A stretch of 25,880 nucleotides of DNA, from positions 1-25,880 of the forward strand of contig JAQGDQ010001775.1 in assembly GCA_030141605.1 (NCBI GenBank), given 5' to 3'. The notes under the pieces are model-generated. The model worked only from the letters and a program-made list of their open reading frames with translations. It was not told the DNA's origin and did not search any database. Made by a program: the position numbers and the translations under genes. The DNA comes from Tubiluchus corallicola. Lineage: Eukaryota; Animalia; Priapulida. Positions 11,640 to 23,465 of this stretch are shown here, piece after piece (position 1 is the first letter of the stretch; every line of letters begins with the position of its first letter).

Positions 11640-12505
11640 TACTTAATTTTAGAATATCCAATATACAGATGGACTACCTCATGTTTTAATAAAGAAGCAT
11701 CTTCATAAGCTGTAGTCATTGGAAAATGTGAATCATTTTTAAAGGAAGACCGGACGATTGTTTAGACTCAATCTCATTTTAATTTACTGTGCAAAATATA
11801 CATTTTCTTGCCTGTAAAAGTTAGCAATTGTTTCTTATATTTGAACAATTAGCTTAGAAAGTTAATTAACGGCAACCCAACACAGCTATTGCTTATGTCA
11901 GAAACTAACCACAGTTTGTGCAATGGCAGGCATCTTCCCTTGCGTGTCAAGCATGTTTGCATAAGTGTAACTGTTTAAACGCACGATGTCTCGAAAATGG
12001 GCTCTACGTCATATGATGTCAGAAACTAACATAGCAGTTCATAATTGTGGTTAGCACGGTACTGCCTTCTATTTGTCAGTCACGCGAGTGTGACAAAAAG
12101 GTGCCACTGCCAATCTTAGTAAAGTAATTTGAGTAATCGAGTTAATTATTATTTAATCAAAGCTTTGATTTAAGAAAAGCTTTTGTAGTTTTCAATATTT
12201 TAAAGCATTCTTTATTCTGAACTCGTGTTTACACAATCGTCCGGTTTTCCTTTAATGGTACTAATGTTATTTTTTCAATGCGTATTTAATTTATATCTAT
12301 TTTAATTTGATCTAATATATCTAACTATATCTAAATTTTACTTTTCTCTTAACGTATATTGCACTGCTTGTAGCTGGAGGAAGCAAAGTGTTCATTGTGT
12401 TGTAAGTTTGAATAAACTGTTAGTTCGAGTGACCGCTAGCACCTTCGAAGGAGAGTGCTTAAAAGGGGAGGGCGTGTGTGAGGTCTTTAATTTATAAATA
12501 ACTCA

Positions 12506-12860
12506 CATTATGAGGTGATTATGCCAGTTGTTGATTACGCTTGTCTGGTATGGCATTCATCTTTCTCCCAAAATCTCTCTGATTTATTAGAAATTGTTCA
12601 AAAATGATCATGAAAAATAATTTTTCCAAATGAAAACTTGGCCAATGCTCTAATTTTGGCTAAAATTCAACTTTTGTTTAACCTTCCAGAAATTTTGCAA
12701 AAAGTTGTTTTTATCCATCCAAAATCCTAATAATAAAATCCCCCGCCCAGATACCCATATTCGTAGTCAAGGTACCCTCCCCCATCTGAAAAACCCCTTA
12801 CCTAGATGCAGAACAGGGAGATTAAAAAACAGTTTAACCCCATATGGTTTTTTTAATTTC
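12506..12860 (+). mobile_element. Decayed CR1/L2-group LINE ORF2 C-terminal fragment
   Basis: Reads IMPVVDYACLVWHSSFSQNLSDLLEIVQK*S*KIIFP...PRCRTGRLKNSLTPY, compared with IRPVLEYACPVWH..LERVQKRALRII..RT.RFKNSF.PY; in-frame stops. Confidence 0.8.
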
Positions 12861-13284
12861 CAAATTCAAGTTTTCATTCATAATAAATGATTTCGTTCAT
12901 ATATCTTGTAATTGTGTAATTATGTATAAAAAAATTAAAAAAAAAATTAATTTTTTAAATTTTTATTGACCTAGATAGCTTTTTGTGTAAATTTTAGAAA
13001 ACATTACTGCCTAAAATTTTTACTGTCTCAATTTTTACTGTCTTCATGTAGTTTTAAATTTTTCTTGTACCAATACCTCTGGTGGCATCCAAAAGATTTA
13101 AGAAGTACATATTATTACCATGTTATCGCTCATATACATTATGTTTGATATCGGTTTACGAGCTTTAAGCTCATGTTTTACAAATATGTACTGTTTTATA
13201 TCATACCGATGAAAGTAAATATTATCTTATCTAATAGTCATTGTCACTGTATGTTCTACATTGCCTATGCTTTTAAAAAATTTT

Positions 13285-13723
13285 TCTTCTTCTTCCCAGC
13301 TTTTCCCTATGCGGGGTCGCCGTTGTGAATGAGTCTTCTCCACGCATTCCTGTTGTTGACCATCTCTTCATTTATGTCTTCCCTTCCCACATGATCTTCA
13401 CCGACTCTTCTTTTCAGGTGTCCATACCATCGCAATCTTGCGAGGCTTCCACTACTTTTACTCTTCCTCTGATATTATTATTTCTAATTTTATCTCTTCT
13501 TGTTATTCCCACCATCCATCTCAACATCCTCATCACCACCACACCCATTTTCCTCTCTTTGGTCTTCTTTAGAGAAGCTGCTTCCAGCCCATAGATTAGA
13601 GCGGGTCTGACCACTTCTTTGCGAACTTTCCCTTTAAGTCTCACCGACTCATTCATAGAAGGTTTTGGCGCAGTTTTTACAGGTGGATGCCCTTCCTGAC
13701 CCGAACCCTCCCTATTTATCCAG
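13285..13723 (-). mobile_element. Internally deleted RTE-clade LINE with TSD
   Basis: ORF 13414-13656 reads LKGKVRKEVVRPALIYGLE..MRMLRWMVGITRRDKIRN (RTE ORF C-terminus); (GAA)n tail at 13285; TSD gcttttaaaaa(a)tttt at 13269-13284 and 13724-13738. Confidence 0.88.
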
Positions 13724-13872
13724 GCTTTTAAAAATTTTATATTTTGTAATTATGTGATGCACTGTAATTCATTATTTTGGTTGTAACAATGATAAATAAA
13801 TTTATTAATTATTATATGATGTAAAAATAATTCATTGCTGGATATAATGATGTTTTATTTATTTATTTATAG

Positions 13873-14013
13873 CGGCAACTCATTGGATCATAATGATCTC
13901 AATCAAGTTGGAGAAAAAAACAGAGAAGAGTTACAGAAAATAGCAATAGATGGCAGCAGTGGAGTAAACATAGATAATATGGCACTTAGGAATCAGCTAA
14001 ATGCAGTCCTTAA
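13873..14013 (+). CDS. CDH23: Cadherin exon G (cytoplasmic)
   Basis: Acceptor ttatttatttatag, donor aa|gtaagc. Reads (G)GNSLDHNDLNQVGEKNREELQKIAIDGSSGVNIDNMALRNQLNAVL(N); lies within ORF 13835..14017; phases match neighbours. Confidence 0.8.
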
Positions 14014-14095
14014 GTAAGCTGTTGTTTTTATGTTTGATGTAGGGGTCGCCTCAAAAAAATATTCCCCAAACTAAGTAATGACCCGTCTTCCTGCG

Positions 14096-14791
14096 GAGGT
14101 GTTTGTAAAAGAGAAACAGATCTTCGTGTAGCTCGGTTTTTCCTCTTTTTGTACAGCTATGATTTTCAGTCGTGGACCCCACCCCGAGTGCTGATAGGAT
14201 GTTCTTCCCTCTAAGGAAAGCCGGGCAAAAAATGGCCTTTTTCACTCATCGTCGGAGTACCAGGTAGAAAAAATGTTCTAGCATCCCTTAATCTTGGTCT
14301 TGAGAGGGAAGTCTATGATTCTCTGAAAAGAGGAGATACCAGTCTACACGATGATGAGGAGATACCAGTCTACACGATGATGAGGAGATACCAGTCTATA
14401 CGATGATGAGGAGATACCGGTCTACACGATGATGAGGAGATACCGGTCTACACGATGATGAGGCGATGCCAGTCTACACGATAATGAGGAGATACCGGTC
14501 TACACGATGAGGAGATACCGGTCTACACGATGATGAGGAGATACCAGTCTACACGATGATGAGGAGATACCAGTCTACACGATGATGAGGAGATACCAGT
14601 CTACACGATGATGAGGAGATACCAGTCTACACGATGATGAGGAAATACCGGTCTACACGATGATGAGGAGATACCGGTCTACACGATGATGAGGAGATAC
14701 CGGTCTACACGATGATGAGGAGATACCGGTCTACACGATGATGAAGAGATACCAATCTACACGGTGGCGTGGTCTCTTTTACAAACACCTC
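14096..14791. mobile_element. Non-autonomous TIR element carrying a 26-bp array
   Basis: Perfect 19-bp inverted repeat gaggtgtttgtaaaagaga (14096-14114) / tctcttttacaaacacctc (14773-14791); TSD unclear. Confidence 0.75.
14330..14763. repeat. 26-bp tandem repeat, ~17 copies
   Basis: Unit gaggagatacc[a/g]gtctacacgatgat. Confidence 0.97.
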
Positions 14792-15265
14792 TACTAGGTT
14801 AAGGATTTGAGAACATTTTTTTCAAACAACCCTGTAACGTCACATAGTTATCTAAAGAACTGAGCCACTGGTTGTTTATTATTGTGCGGTGAGACAATTT
14901 TAGTTCCCAAACTGCATAACAGACACTTGTCGTTTGCAAATTTGTATTTACCAACGTGTTACAAGCTGAGATTGATTCTATTTGAGAATTTTGTGGTTTT
15001 GTGAGATTAAACATTGAAGTTTATTATATCTGTGTGCGAATACTTGTAACTTTGTAGACACTGGTTTAAATTTTAGAATGAAATAATCAAAAAAAGTTAC
15101 TCACCAGATGGCTGTAATGGGGGACTACAGTTTTCCATAAATAAATAAAATGTCTCCATGATGGAAAGTGGAAAAAATCGGCAAAAAAAACTATAAAATC
15201 ATCCCAATAAACTTGTTCCAAAGCATAACGGAAACTGCGTTAATATTTTTATTGATTTTTTGCAG

Positions 15266-15335
15266 TCAACCTGATACAGTAAATCATGAATATGAAAGTG
15301 TAGAAAAGTTTGCAGACATTGGTCACAATTTCTAA
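15266..15335 (+). CDS. CDH23: Cadherin exon H, last coding exon
   Basis: Acceptor attgatttttttgcag. Reads (N)QPDTVNHEYESVEKFADIGHNF* with TAA at 15333-15335. The phase-compatible frame stays open for 22 codons; the other two stop within 5 codons. Confidence 0.7.
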
Positions 15336-15412
15336 GTCATTGGTGATCGGACGTGATTTGTGAGTCTCGCTTAATTAACTTCACATTTGATTATCTATTT
15401 TACGTTTTTGTG

Positions 15413-15557
15413 AATGAGCCTTTTCACAGTTCCAGCGATTGATGGTGATCGCGAAAAGGTCAAAGGTTAAGTGAACCTAACATCACATTTGTGTACACTT
15501 GACAACGCCTCGCAGCCCTTGCTGTTGTAATAGTAGCTGTTTTAACAGCTAGCTAGA
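15413..15557 (-). mobile_element. Dispersed repeat, copy B (inverted relative to 8273-8417)
   Basis: About 88% identical to copy A; on the + strand it ends in the hairpin agctgtt-tt-aacagct followed by agCTAG. Confidence 0.8.
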
Positions 15558-15832
15558 TAACGTTTAGACATAGCTTTGGATATAACGGTGTAGATATAGT
15601 TCATTTCTAGTTCATTTTTTCTATGTACAACGTAAAACAGCAAGGAAATTGCGTAGTCAACAACAACTAAAGTTCCTGAACTGATGCGGCAGACGTCTTT
15701 GCATTGCCCACGTGTAGTTAAGACGTGTCACTTAACCTTTGACCTACTGATCGAACTGTTTATTTATCTGCACAATATTTTGACATTAGCACGGCCTCGA
15801 GAGGCCTCATTGGAACTAAAATGAAATTTAAT

Positions 15833-16116
15833 ACAAATGTAAACTATGGAACAATGTAAAAACAATGTAAACTACGGAACAATGTAAAAACAATGTAAAC
15901 TACGGAACAATGTAAAAACAATGTAAACTACGGAACAATGTAAAAACAATGTAAACTACGGAACAATGTAAAAACAGTATAAACTATGGAACAATGTAAA
16001 AACAATGTAAACTACGGAACAATGTAGAAACAATGTAAACTGTGGAACAATATAGAAACAATGTAAACTACGGAACAATGTAGAAACAATGTAAACTATG
16101 GAAGAATGTAAAAACA
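15833..16116. repeat. 28-bp tandem repeat, ~10 copies
   Basis: Unit acaatgtaaactacggaacaatgtaaaa, containing acaatgtaaa twice. Confidence 0.95.
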
Positions 16117-16817
16117 AAATTAGCAATAATGGTTTAAAAAGTTTGAAAGATTTAAACGTCACAGATTTTATCTTGAAGAGAAGACATTTTTGTTCGTCTG
16201 ACAGTTGTCATGGTGATAACTGTACGAGGAGTTAGAATGTTTCAAAAAGAATCTTTATTTTTCTTTAGAAACTTTTTAAATGGCACCGTATTTCTTCATT
16301 TCTTTTCATTAAATTAAAAAAAAGAAAAAATTGAATGAAATGAATTTTATATGTAGTTTTGCCCGTAAATTTAACATTGTATCTCTCTGTGAAGCTGATG
16401 AATTCCGTGAGGGACGAGGGAACAAAGATTTCTTTCTTGACACTTGAACCGACTTCTTTTGCTTTTATAACACAGAGTGAGATACGTCATAACAGATTCG
16501 CGTTAAAACTTTATTTAATCCTTTTTAATGCTTTAAATCTTTTAATTTTTGAATCATTTATAACCTTTTTATCTTTGCTAATTTTCCTCTGGGATAATTC
16601 TGCTGTTTCTTCTCACTTTTAGTTGTCATAACATGGGATGAAGCCATGCATAATTGTAAAGATTGTCTGGATAAATGAGCAATTCATAGCATCTACTGGC
16701 TTCATAATTTCTTAGAGAAAACTGTTAATAGCATCAGATGTGTAAACTGACACTAATGCTGCAAACTTCTATCCTAAGTTTGTAAGAAATCATAATATAA
16801 CTTCAGATTATTCATAC

Positions 16818-16910
16818 ATTGTTATTATTATTATTATCATCATGATCATCATCATCATCATCATTATTATTATTGTTATTATTATCATCATCATCATTAT
16901 TATGATTATT

Positions 16911-16963
<53 letters not shown>

Positions 16964-17009
16964 CATCATCATCATCATTATTATTGTTATTATTATCATC
17001 ATCATCATC

Positions 17010-17089
<80 letters not shown>
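16818..17089. repeat. (ATT/ATC)n microsatellite
   Basis: Directly visible; lies where the tail of the adjacent minus-strand CR1 fragment would be. Confidence 0.97.
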
Positions 17090-17090
<1 letters not shown>

Positions 17091-17560
17091 GACATTTATA
17101 CGTGTATTAAAGTTGTATGAAAGAATCAGCAGGCGCACTTTGCTCTTCCTATAAAAGATGCACAAAAATAAAATTTATAAAAACAAGACCCTAAAATTGA
17201 ACATCTCTCATTAAAAAACTCTTAATAAAATGTACCTAAATATGAATTATATACAATGTACAACATATTTTATACAACAACACGATTTGGAGAGAACTAA
17301 TTACACCAGTGACAATGTTACATGTTTCGCATAAAGTTGCAATAGGACAGTAAATTAAGATTTTCTAATTTTTTAGTGAAAACCGACAAACTGACAGCGA
17401 GAACCACATGAGAGTCCTGAGCGTTCCAAATGTTTTCAACTCTATCAGCAAATGAGAATTTTGATACGTTTAATCTCGAGAAAGACGCAAACAATTTAAA
17501 GTTGTGACCACGCAAGTGATTGGTTGAAGCTTACTGGAAAATATCATCAAAAAATTTCTT
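17090..17560 (-). mobile_element. CR1 LINE 3' fragment
   Basis: ORF 17318-17515 reads RGHNFKL..SRLNVSKFSFADRVENIWN..VVLAVSLSVFTKKL, matching the CR1 ORF2 C-terminal pattern RGH..KL..R...FFS.RVV..WN.L...VV.A.SL..FK..L. Confidence 0.8.
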
Positions 17561-17706
17561 AAGGAAGTATCCTAGAAATCTGATCTATCTGCATCTTCCT
17601 AAATCCCTTCTTCATGTAAAATCTTGTAATTTGTGTTAAACTGTCGTACTTAATATGTTAATTTATCGTTTAATATAAAACTTAAATATATTATATTAAA
17701 TATTAA

Positions 17707-17712
<6 letters not shown>

Positions 17713-17742
<30 letters not shown>
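17713..17742. repeat. (TA)n microsatellite
   Basis: Directly visible. Confidence 0.9.
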
Positions 17743-17745
<3 letters not shown>

Positions 17746-18094
17746 GCTGTATAAAAATGTAATGTAAACATATTATTTAATATAACTGTGAAAGTTTACT
17801 AGATGTTGTAAAATTTTGTGCTAATATTGGACTATATTGACTGTGATAAAATTATTAACAGTTTTTCTTAAAGAATGGAAAAATTGTAGAGAAAATAAAC
17901 TTTCTTATTCTTATGGCTACTTCTTACGTACATTTTACTGTTGTTGTTGCCTGTTTGTTCTCATGTGTATGCGTAACAGTAGCAGATATGCATAGCCGTT
18001 TGCCAATCAATGCATGTTGAAGTTTAAAGGTTATATGCACTCCAAACAGTAAATAATCTAGTATTAACTAGGTGTGTTGTTTTTCCATGGTTGT

Positions 18095-18482
18095 CAGGGG
18101 TGTGTCAAAACTTTACAACCCCCTGGACTGATAGTTCTTTCCCGCCCATCTCTATTGTGAATTTATAGTCATTTATGTAATGATTAGATTAAACAATTAC
18201 TTGTGGTGTATTAGAAACACTATTAACCTAGTTTCTAGATTGTTATTATTAATTACATGTATTCTCATAGCGTTTATATCAACTGCTTGTTGGGTAATAG
18301 CTTACACCTGTTCGTTATGTGGCACTTGTATAAAAGCTGCACTCAGTAACTGCTTGTGGTGTGTTATAAAATGTACCCTTTACTTGAATATGAACTTATA
18401 CACATTTTCAGAGGAGAATAAGAATTTTTTCTAAAATGTGACACGTCCCTCAAACTTTGGTGTCCTAGGCTATACGCCCCTG
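18095..18482. mobile_element. hAT-like MITE with 8-bp TSD
   Basis: Termini CAGGGGTGT ... ACGCCCCTG; flanks atggttgt (18087-18094) and gtggttgt (18483-18490), 7/8 identical. Confidence 0.75.
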
Positions 18483-18628
18483 GTGGTTGTGATGCAGTTA
18501 TAACAGATGTGCGCAACATGCGATAAATACAAGTCCAACAATCTTTTAGATGTAATTTATGATTTTTTATTGTCCAAAATGGGCAATCATCGTCTCATCC
18601 CAAAATCAGTATCACATCATGACATATT

Positions 18629-18837
18629 TGACTGACTGACTGACTGACTGACTGACTGACTGACTGACTGACTGACTGACTGACTGACTGACTGACTGAC
18701 TGACTGACTGACTGACTGACTGACTGACTGACTGACTGACTGACTGACTGACTGACTGACCTGACCTGACTGACCTGACTGACCAGACTGACCTGACTGA
18801 CTGACTGACTGACTGACTGACTGACTGTCTGACTGAC
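18629..18837. repeat. (GACT)n microsatellite, possibly inside a DINE-1/Helentron-like element
   Basis: Directly visible; followed by gagccactcgacttcg and a degenerate hairpin. The element assignment is tentative. Confidence 0.9.
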
Positions 18838-19467
18838 ATATTATGAGCCACTCGACTTCGTTTTATCTGAAGCAAATAATATTTTCTGCTAATCCAATGT
18901 TAAAAGGATAATTAACTGCTATAATGAAAATGTATAATAATATGATGAAATATGAAGAAATCAAACTTACATCTTTGCCGCATCTTACTAACTGGCTAAA
19001 GAGAACTCGACTGATGAAATTTTGTGATAAAACGTCACGACGTACTGAACAAGAATGACTTCTTTCCTATCCTGTCTGCAAAATGAGGCCAATGGCCTAT
19101 TTCCTGTCCTAGCTCACCTGTCTATCAACAGCCTAAATTTGCAAAAACAAACACAAGGTGGCACCACGTGCTTATATCCAAAACAGCCAGTACTGAAGTT
19201 ATGCTAGGAAAAACTTCAGAAAGTGTCAATAACAGTTTGATGCAGCTGCCTGTAGACAACTAATGATTACGGATTTCTCTCATTTTACCAAAAATAATAA
19301 TTATTATATTAAATTAAAAACGATGAAAATACAGAATGTATCAATAATTAGATCATGGATACGTAAATGTCAAACTAAAGCGAACCGATAATCAAACATT
19401 TGCTAATAAATCAACATTTAAAAGCAAATTTTGCTGAAAAAAACGTGAAAAAGTCGGCAAGGAGTCA

Positions 19468-19530
19468 CAGGGCGTAGCAAGGTGGGGGTGATGGGGCAAT
19501 CACCCCCCCCCCGGGCACAAGGGCGAGAAG
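19468..19530 (+). mobile_element. hAT-like terminal fragment
   Basis: CAGGGCGTAGCAAGG followed by a G-run/C-run hairpin (gggggtgat..atcaccccc); partner end not found. Confidence 0.4.
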
Positions 19531-19832
19531 ACACAAAATTGATCAAGAATTCAAATTATTTTTTATCCCAAACAAAAAGATCAATAAATACATCTTATAA
19601 ACGTAGTGGATGGGGGGGGGGCGACAAACATGCGTCATCCCACATCGGTTTTTGAATAACTAATAGATAGTACCAGGCAGTCTGCAAGTTAATATAATGA
19701 ATTTAAAATTAATTATAATTCAAACAAATAATTAAATAAATAAATAATGGTGATTTAACAAAGCAAAAAAAACTAACATATAAAATAATTTGAATAATTG
19801 AACAGAAACAAATTTGTCTACAAAAACACAGT

Positions 19833-19934
19833 ATAGACATAGACATAGACATATAGACATAGACATTGACATATAGACATTGACATAGACATAAACACAG
19901 ACATAGACATAAACATAGACATTGACATAGACAT
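19833..19934. repeat. (ATAGAC)n hexamer repeat, probably the tail of a minus-strand retroposon
   Basis: Directly visible; followed by tttattt and the stem-loop aagggtagc...gctaccctt near 20050-20097. Confidence 0.85.
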
Positions 19935-20810
19935 TTTTATTTATCTCCTCATTTACACCTGTATACAAATTGACTAATTATTATTTTTTAGTTATTGATT
20001 AAAAAGGATAAATTAAGCATAAAGGAAAGAGTTAAGGGGGGGTGCAGGAGAAAGGGTAGCGAAAGACCAATTGGTCATCAAGTCAGCTACCCTTCTCAGG
20101 TTAGTGAAAATTGTAAAAAACTTTGTAGCGCTGCTAACTAAAAAGTGTAATATATTTATGAAGTGAGTTAAGAAATTTAACTGTTAACATAAATTTATGG
20201 GGGAAGAAATTAAACTTGAGAGCGAAATAACTAAATAAGCTCTGCAACAAACAAGCATTAAAATAAAAATGAACAATATAAAATGATGATTAACAAAATA
20301 TGTAAAGCATTTAACTAACCGATTAAAACATACTAGAAAAAAGTCAAACCAAAAGAAAAAATAAAACATAAATAATAAATCAGTGAATGAAATAAAATAT
20401 ACATGATAAAATCAAACAAAATATAATGAAACAAAAATATGCAATAGTGTTTAATCAAATTATGTTAAGCGACAGTAGATTACAATGAAAAAATTAAAAT
20501 GTCGTGTAAATTAAATTAATTAATGTGATGTAATAATAATTCAGGAAACCAAACAAATGTTACGATGCGAGTCAAAAGTAAGTGCAAATCAATGCAGAAT
20601 CTTATGCATAGTAATTAATTAATTAATGCGGCTTAATTAACAATTGTAAACATCGTATAAACATTTGACTATCTATTTAAGTATTACTCGATAATAGTAT
20701 TAAGAATAAATTTCGCAAAAAGGAAAGAGAAAAATGTAAATATTATTATTAATATTATATTATACATATGTATATCTTTAAATTCATTACATATTATATT
20801 TATAAGAAAT

Positions 20811-21066
20811 TAACACATCTGAACTGAAAGGTACTGTTTTTTGTGCAGTGTGTTACCGAAATATAGGCGCTAGTGCCCGTCTAACTGTCGAATGGTAAAA
20901 TGCTTGTAACAGCGAAGAACTAGTGACGCGAACGTGGATTTGTGTTTGTGTGGTAATAATTCTTTCACGTGAGTCATTTTTGAAAAAATAGTATGTTTCC
21001 TTTCAATATTTTAAAGAGCAGATTGTTTTGACCTGCAGTTTAAGATTGGTTACGGTTTTCATTTAA
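20811..21066 (+). repeat. Left arm of a ~250-bp inverted repeat (partner 22513-22746)
   Basis: ggcgctagtgcccgtctaact / agttagacggacactagcgcc and gtcatttttgaaaaaatagt / actattttttcaaaaatgac pair across the arms; both inner ends are TTAA. Confidence 0.85.
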
Positions 21067-21504
21067 CATAAGTTGATTGTGAACACAATGCTTAGGCTTA
21101 AGCTGCTGTAGGCAGGATTTTCACAACGTAAAGTAGTTTTCTAAAGCTGCAATGGATGGCGCTGCATGTCACAGGTCGTCTGCATAAAGTAAATGATTAA
21201 TGGTCGTGCTTACTACTTCACAAGTTCCATTCGAATGCAATAAATGCCTTTCTGTTCCTTCCAAACTGTCACAATGTAACCTGGAAGTGAGGTGACCCCC
21301 CCCCCACATTGCATGAAATGCAGCGATGTGAATGTAGGAAAGAATAAGTTTCTGTACCGTGTTGGTTTATCAGACAAGCAGCCAACAGATTGAGAAGTAT
21401 GTCAGCGCAGAACAAATGTGTTTACACGCTAAACATAACCGTATAGTGTGAACTAACATTATATTTTGTTTTACATTTCTAACTTGTAAACTACTACATT
21501 TCTA

Positions 21505-21568
<64 letters not shown>

Positions 21569-21574
21569 TTACTA

Positions 21575-21626
<52 letters not shown>

Positions 21627-21719
21627 ATTACTACTACTGCTATTATTACTACTACTACTGCTGATATTACTACTACTATTACTATTACCATTGCCATTAA
21701 TAATTATAATAATAATAAT
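21505..21719. repeat. Compound (ACT)n(GCT)n(AAT)n microsatellite
   Basis: Directly visible. Confidence 0.95.
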
Positions 21720-21789
21720 CTTTATTTAAAGTTGGCTTTTAGATGAACAACTAACATTGGCTCAAAGAGCTATTATCGTCGACTGTAAA

Positions 21790-21968
21790 TAACAACCTAC
21801 AACTACATAACAGAGACTATTATTACCCCACTTTTACCCTAAACACCACAGGCATGGCAACAGCAGGTACCATTTTTAAAGACTTTCGTATAGCTCAGCC
21901 ACTGTATCGAACTCACAACCTCCCAGATGAAAAGCGGATGCGTTACCGCTAGACTAAATCGTCTGGTC
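21790..21968 (-). mobile_element. tRNA-derived SINE, Meta/MESC-domain-like
   Basis: Minus strand has an A box TAGTCTAGCGG (21946-21956) and B box GAGTTCGATAC (21904-21914), then ..AAAGTCTTTAAAAATGGTACCTGCTG.., resembling the Meta domain as I recall it. Confidence 0.7.
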
Positions 21969-21970
21969 AA

Positions 21971-22328
21971 TTACTACTTCCACTACCATTACCATTATAA
22001 TTACCACTACCACTACCATTACTATTACCACTACTACTACCATTACCATTACCATTACTATTACCACTACCATTACCATTACCATTACCATTACCATTAC
22101 CATTACCATTACTATTACCACTACCATTACCATTACCATTACTATTACCACTACCACTACCATTACTATTACCACTACTACTACCATTACCATTACCATT
22201 ACCATTACCATTACCATTACCATTACCATTACCATTACTACTACCACTACCATTACCATTACTATTACCACTACCATTACTATTACCACTACCATTACCA
22301 TTATTATTACCACTACCACTACCATTAC
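21971..22328. repeat. (TACCAT/TACCAC/TACTAT)n microsatellite
   Basis: Directly visible; explains the YH and VM ORFs. Confidence 0.97.
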
Positions 22329-22512
22329 GTTGGAATTTTCTTTACCATTAGTAGTAACTGTTTTGGCAAAAGTCATACTTTGCATTAGAAGTTCAAAAAT
22401 TGCTTCTGCTATTATAATTCAGCAACCGAGACCCAGCAACGTCAGCCATCGCTCTGTCCGCCCACCATGGAACTAAAACACGAATCTCATAGAAGTTCTC
22501 ATGGCTCTTGCT

Positions 22513-22746
22513 TTAAAGCAAAACCACCAATGTTGAACTGTAAAACAATCTACTCTTTAAAATATTAAAAGGAAACACACTATTTTTTCAAAAATGACTT
22601 ACGTGAACCAAATTGTTACCACACAAACACAATTCCTCACTGTTACATGCATTTCGTCATTCACTAGTTAGACGGACACTAGCGCCTGCATTTCGCAAAG
22701 CACTGCACAATAAACAGGTGCTGTATCTCTGAGTTTAGATGTGTTA
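22513..22746 (-). repeat. Right arm of the inverted repeat (partner 20811-21066)
   Basis: Reverse complement of the left arm with several indels. Confidence 0.85.
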
Positions 22747-23098
22747 TTTTTTGACGAACTGCACACGTTCGACAGCTCATGCAAGAGCACAGCGATAAAT
22801 TTGAATTTTATCTTAAAACTTGTCTAGTTTTAGTACAGCATACTGAATACCTCACAGTAGCACTGTATCTCAATTTACAGCAACACGCTCTTTGAATATT
22901 TTTGCTGTTGAGAATTATGTTAGTTTGTGATGTCATCAATTATTGGACTCGCTCGCCGTTAATTAAGTTTTTAATCTATTATTTAATTATGAGAAACGCT
23001 TTTGCAATATTAATTATGTTAAAATATATACATTTTATCGGACTTGAAAATAGTATATGAAAAATCATCCTGTCTTCCTTCGATCGTGACGATGTCCT

Positions 23099-23250
23099 TG
23101 TTTACGTCTCTTAGTTGACAGACATTGTTTGCTACACCTGCCACTTTCACACTGAAATTCATCAGTAAACAAACAAACACCCGAGTCTAATCACGTTTGG
23201 TTAATCAGATATAAAGTGCTAACAAACATCCTCTTGCTTTGCTATAAAAA
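23099..23250 (+). promoter_or_regulatory. Putative protease promoter: TATA box and clustered forkhead-type sites
   Basis: TATAAAAA at 23243-23250, ~220 nt before the ATG; TGTTTAC at 23099-23105; GTAAACAAACAAACA at 23165-23179. Confidence 0.4.
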
Positions 23251-23465
23251 CTTGTCATCTCTCTTGCATGAACTTGTAAACGTTTTGAACGAAGCGTCTT
23301 GAAAGAGTGGTGGACATCTTGTAGAAAGATCTCAAGCGATTGATTTGGTTTGCATAAGTGACTAAACATCTTCAACAAAATATCGATTATAAGTCAATAT
23401 CTTGAACGAAACATTCTAGTGGCAACATTTTGAAGAAAACTTGGACAACGGATTAAAATTTTAAC

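Noticed and set aside
7749-14763. CRISPR-like arrays (26-43-bp repeats)
   Set aside because: Units are head-to-tail with no unique spacers, there are no cas genes, and the context is spliceosomal introns.
4817-14835. Tc1-like ends CAGGGTG (4817) and ACCCTG|TA (~14830) as a single 10-kb element
   Set aside because: The match is only a few bases, and the ends enclose host exons; these are more likely independent remnants.
21896-21968. tRNA gene on the minus strand
   Set aside because: A and B boxes are present, but no good acceptor stem is evident and the sequence runs into a SINE body.
373-22388. Poly-Q/T/C/L, poly-I/N, SQSV, VY and YH/VM ORFs
   Set aside because: All coincide with microsatellites.
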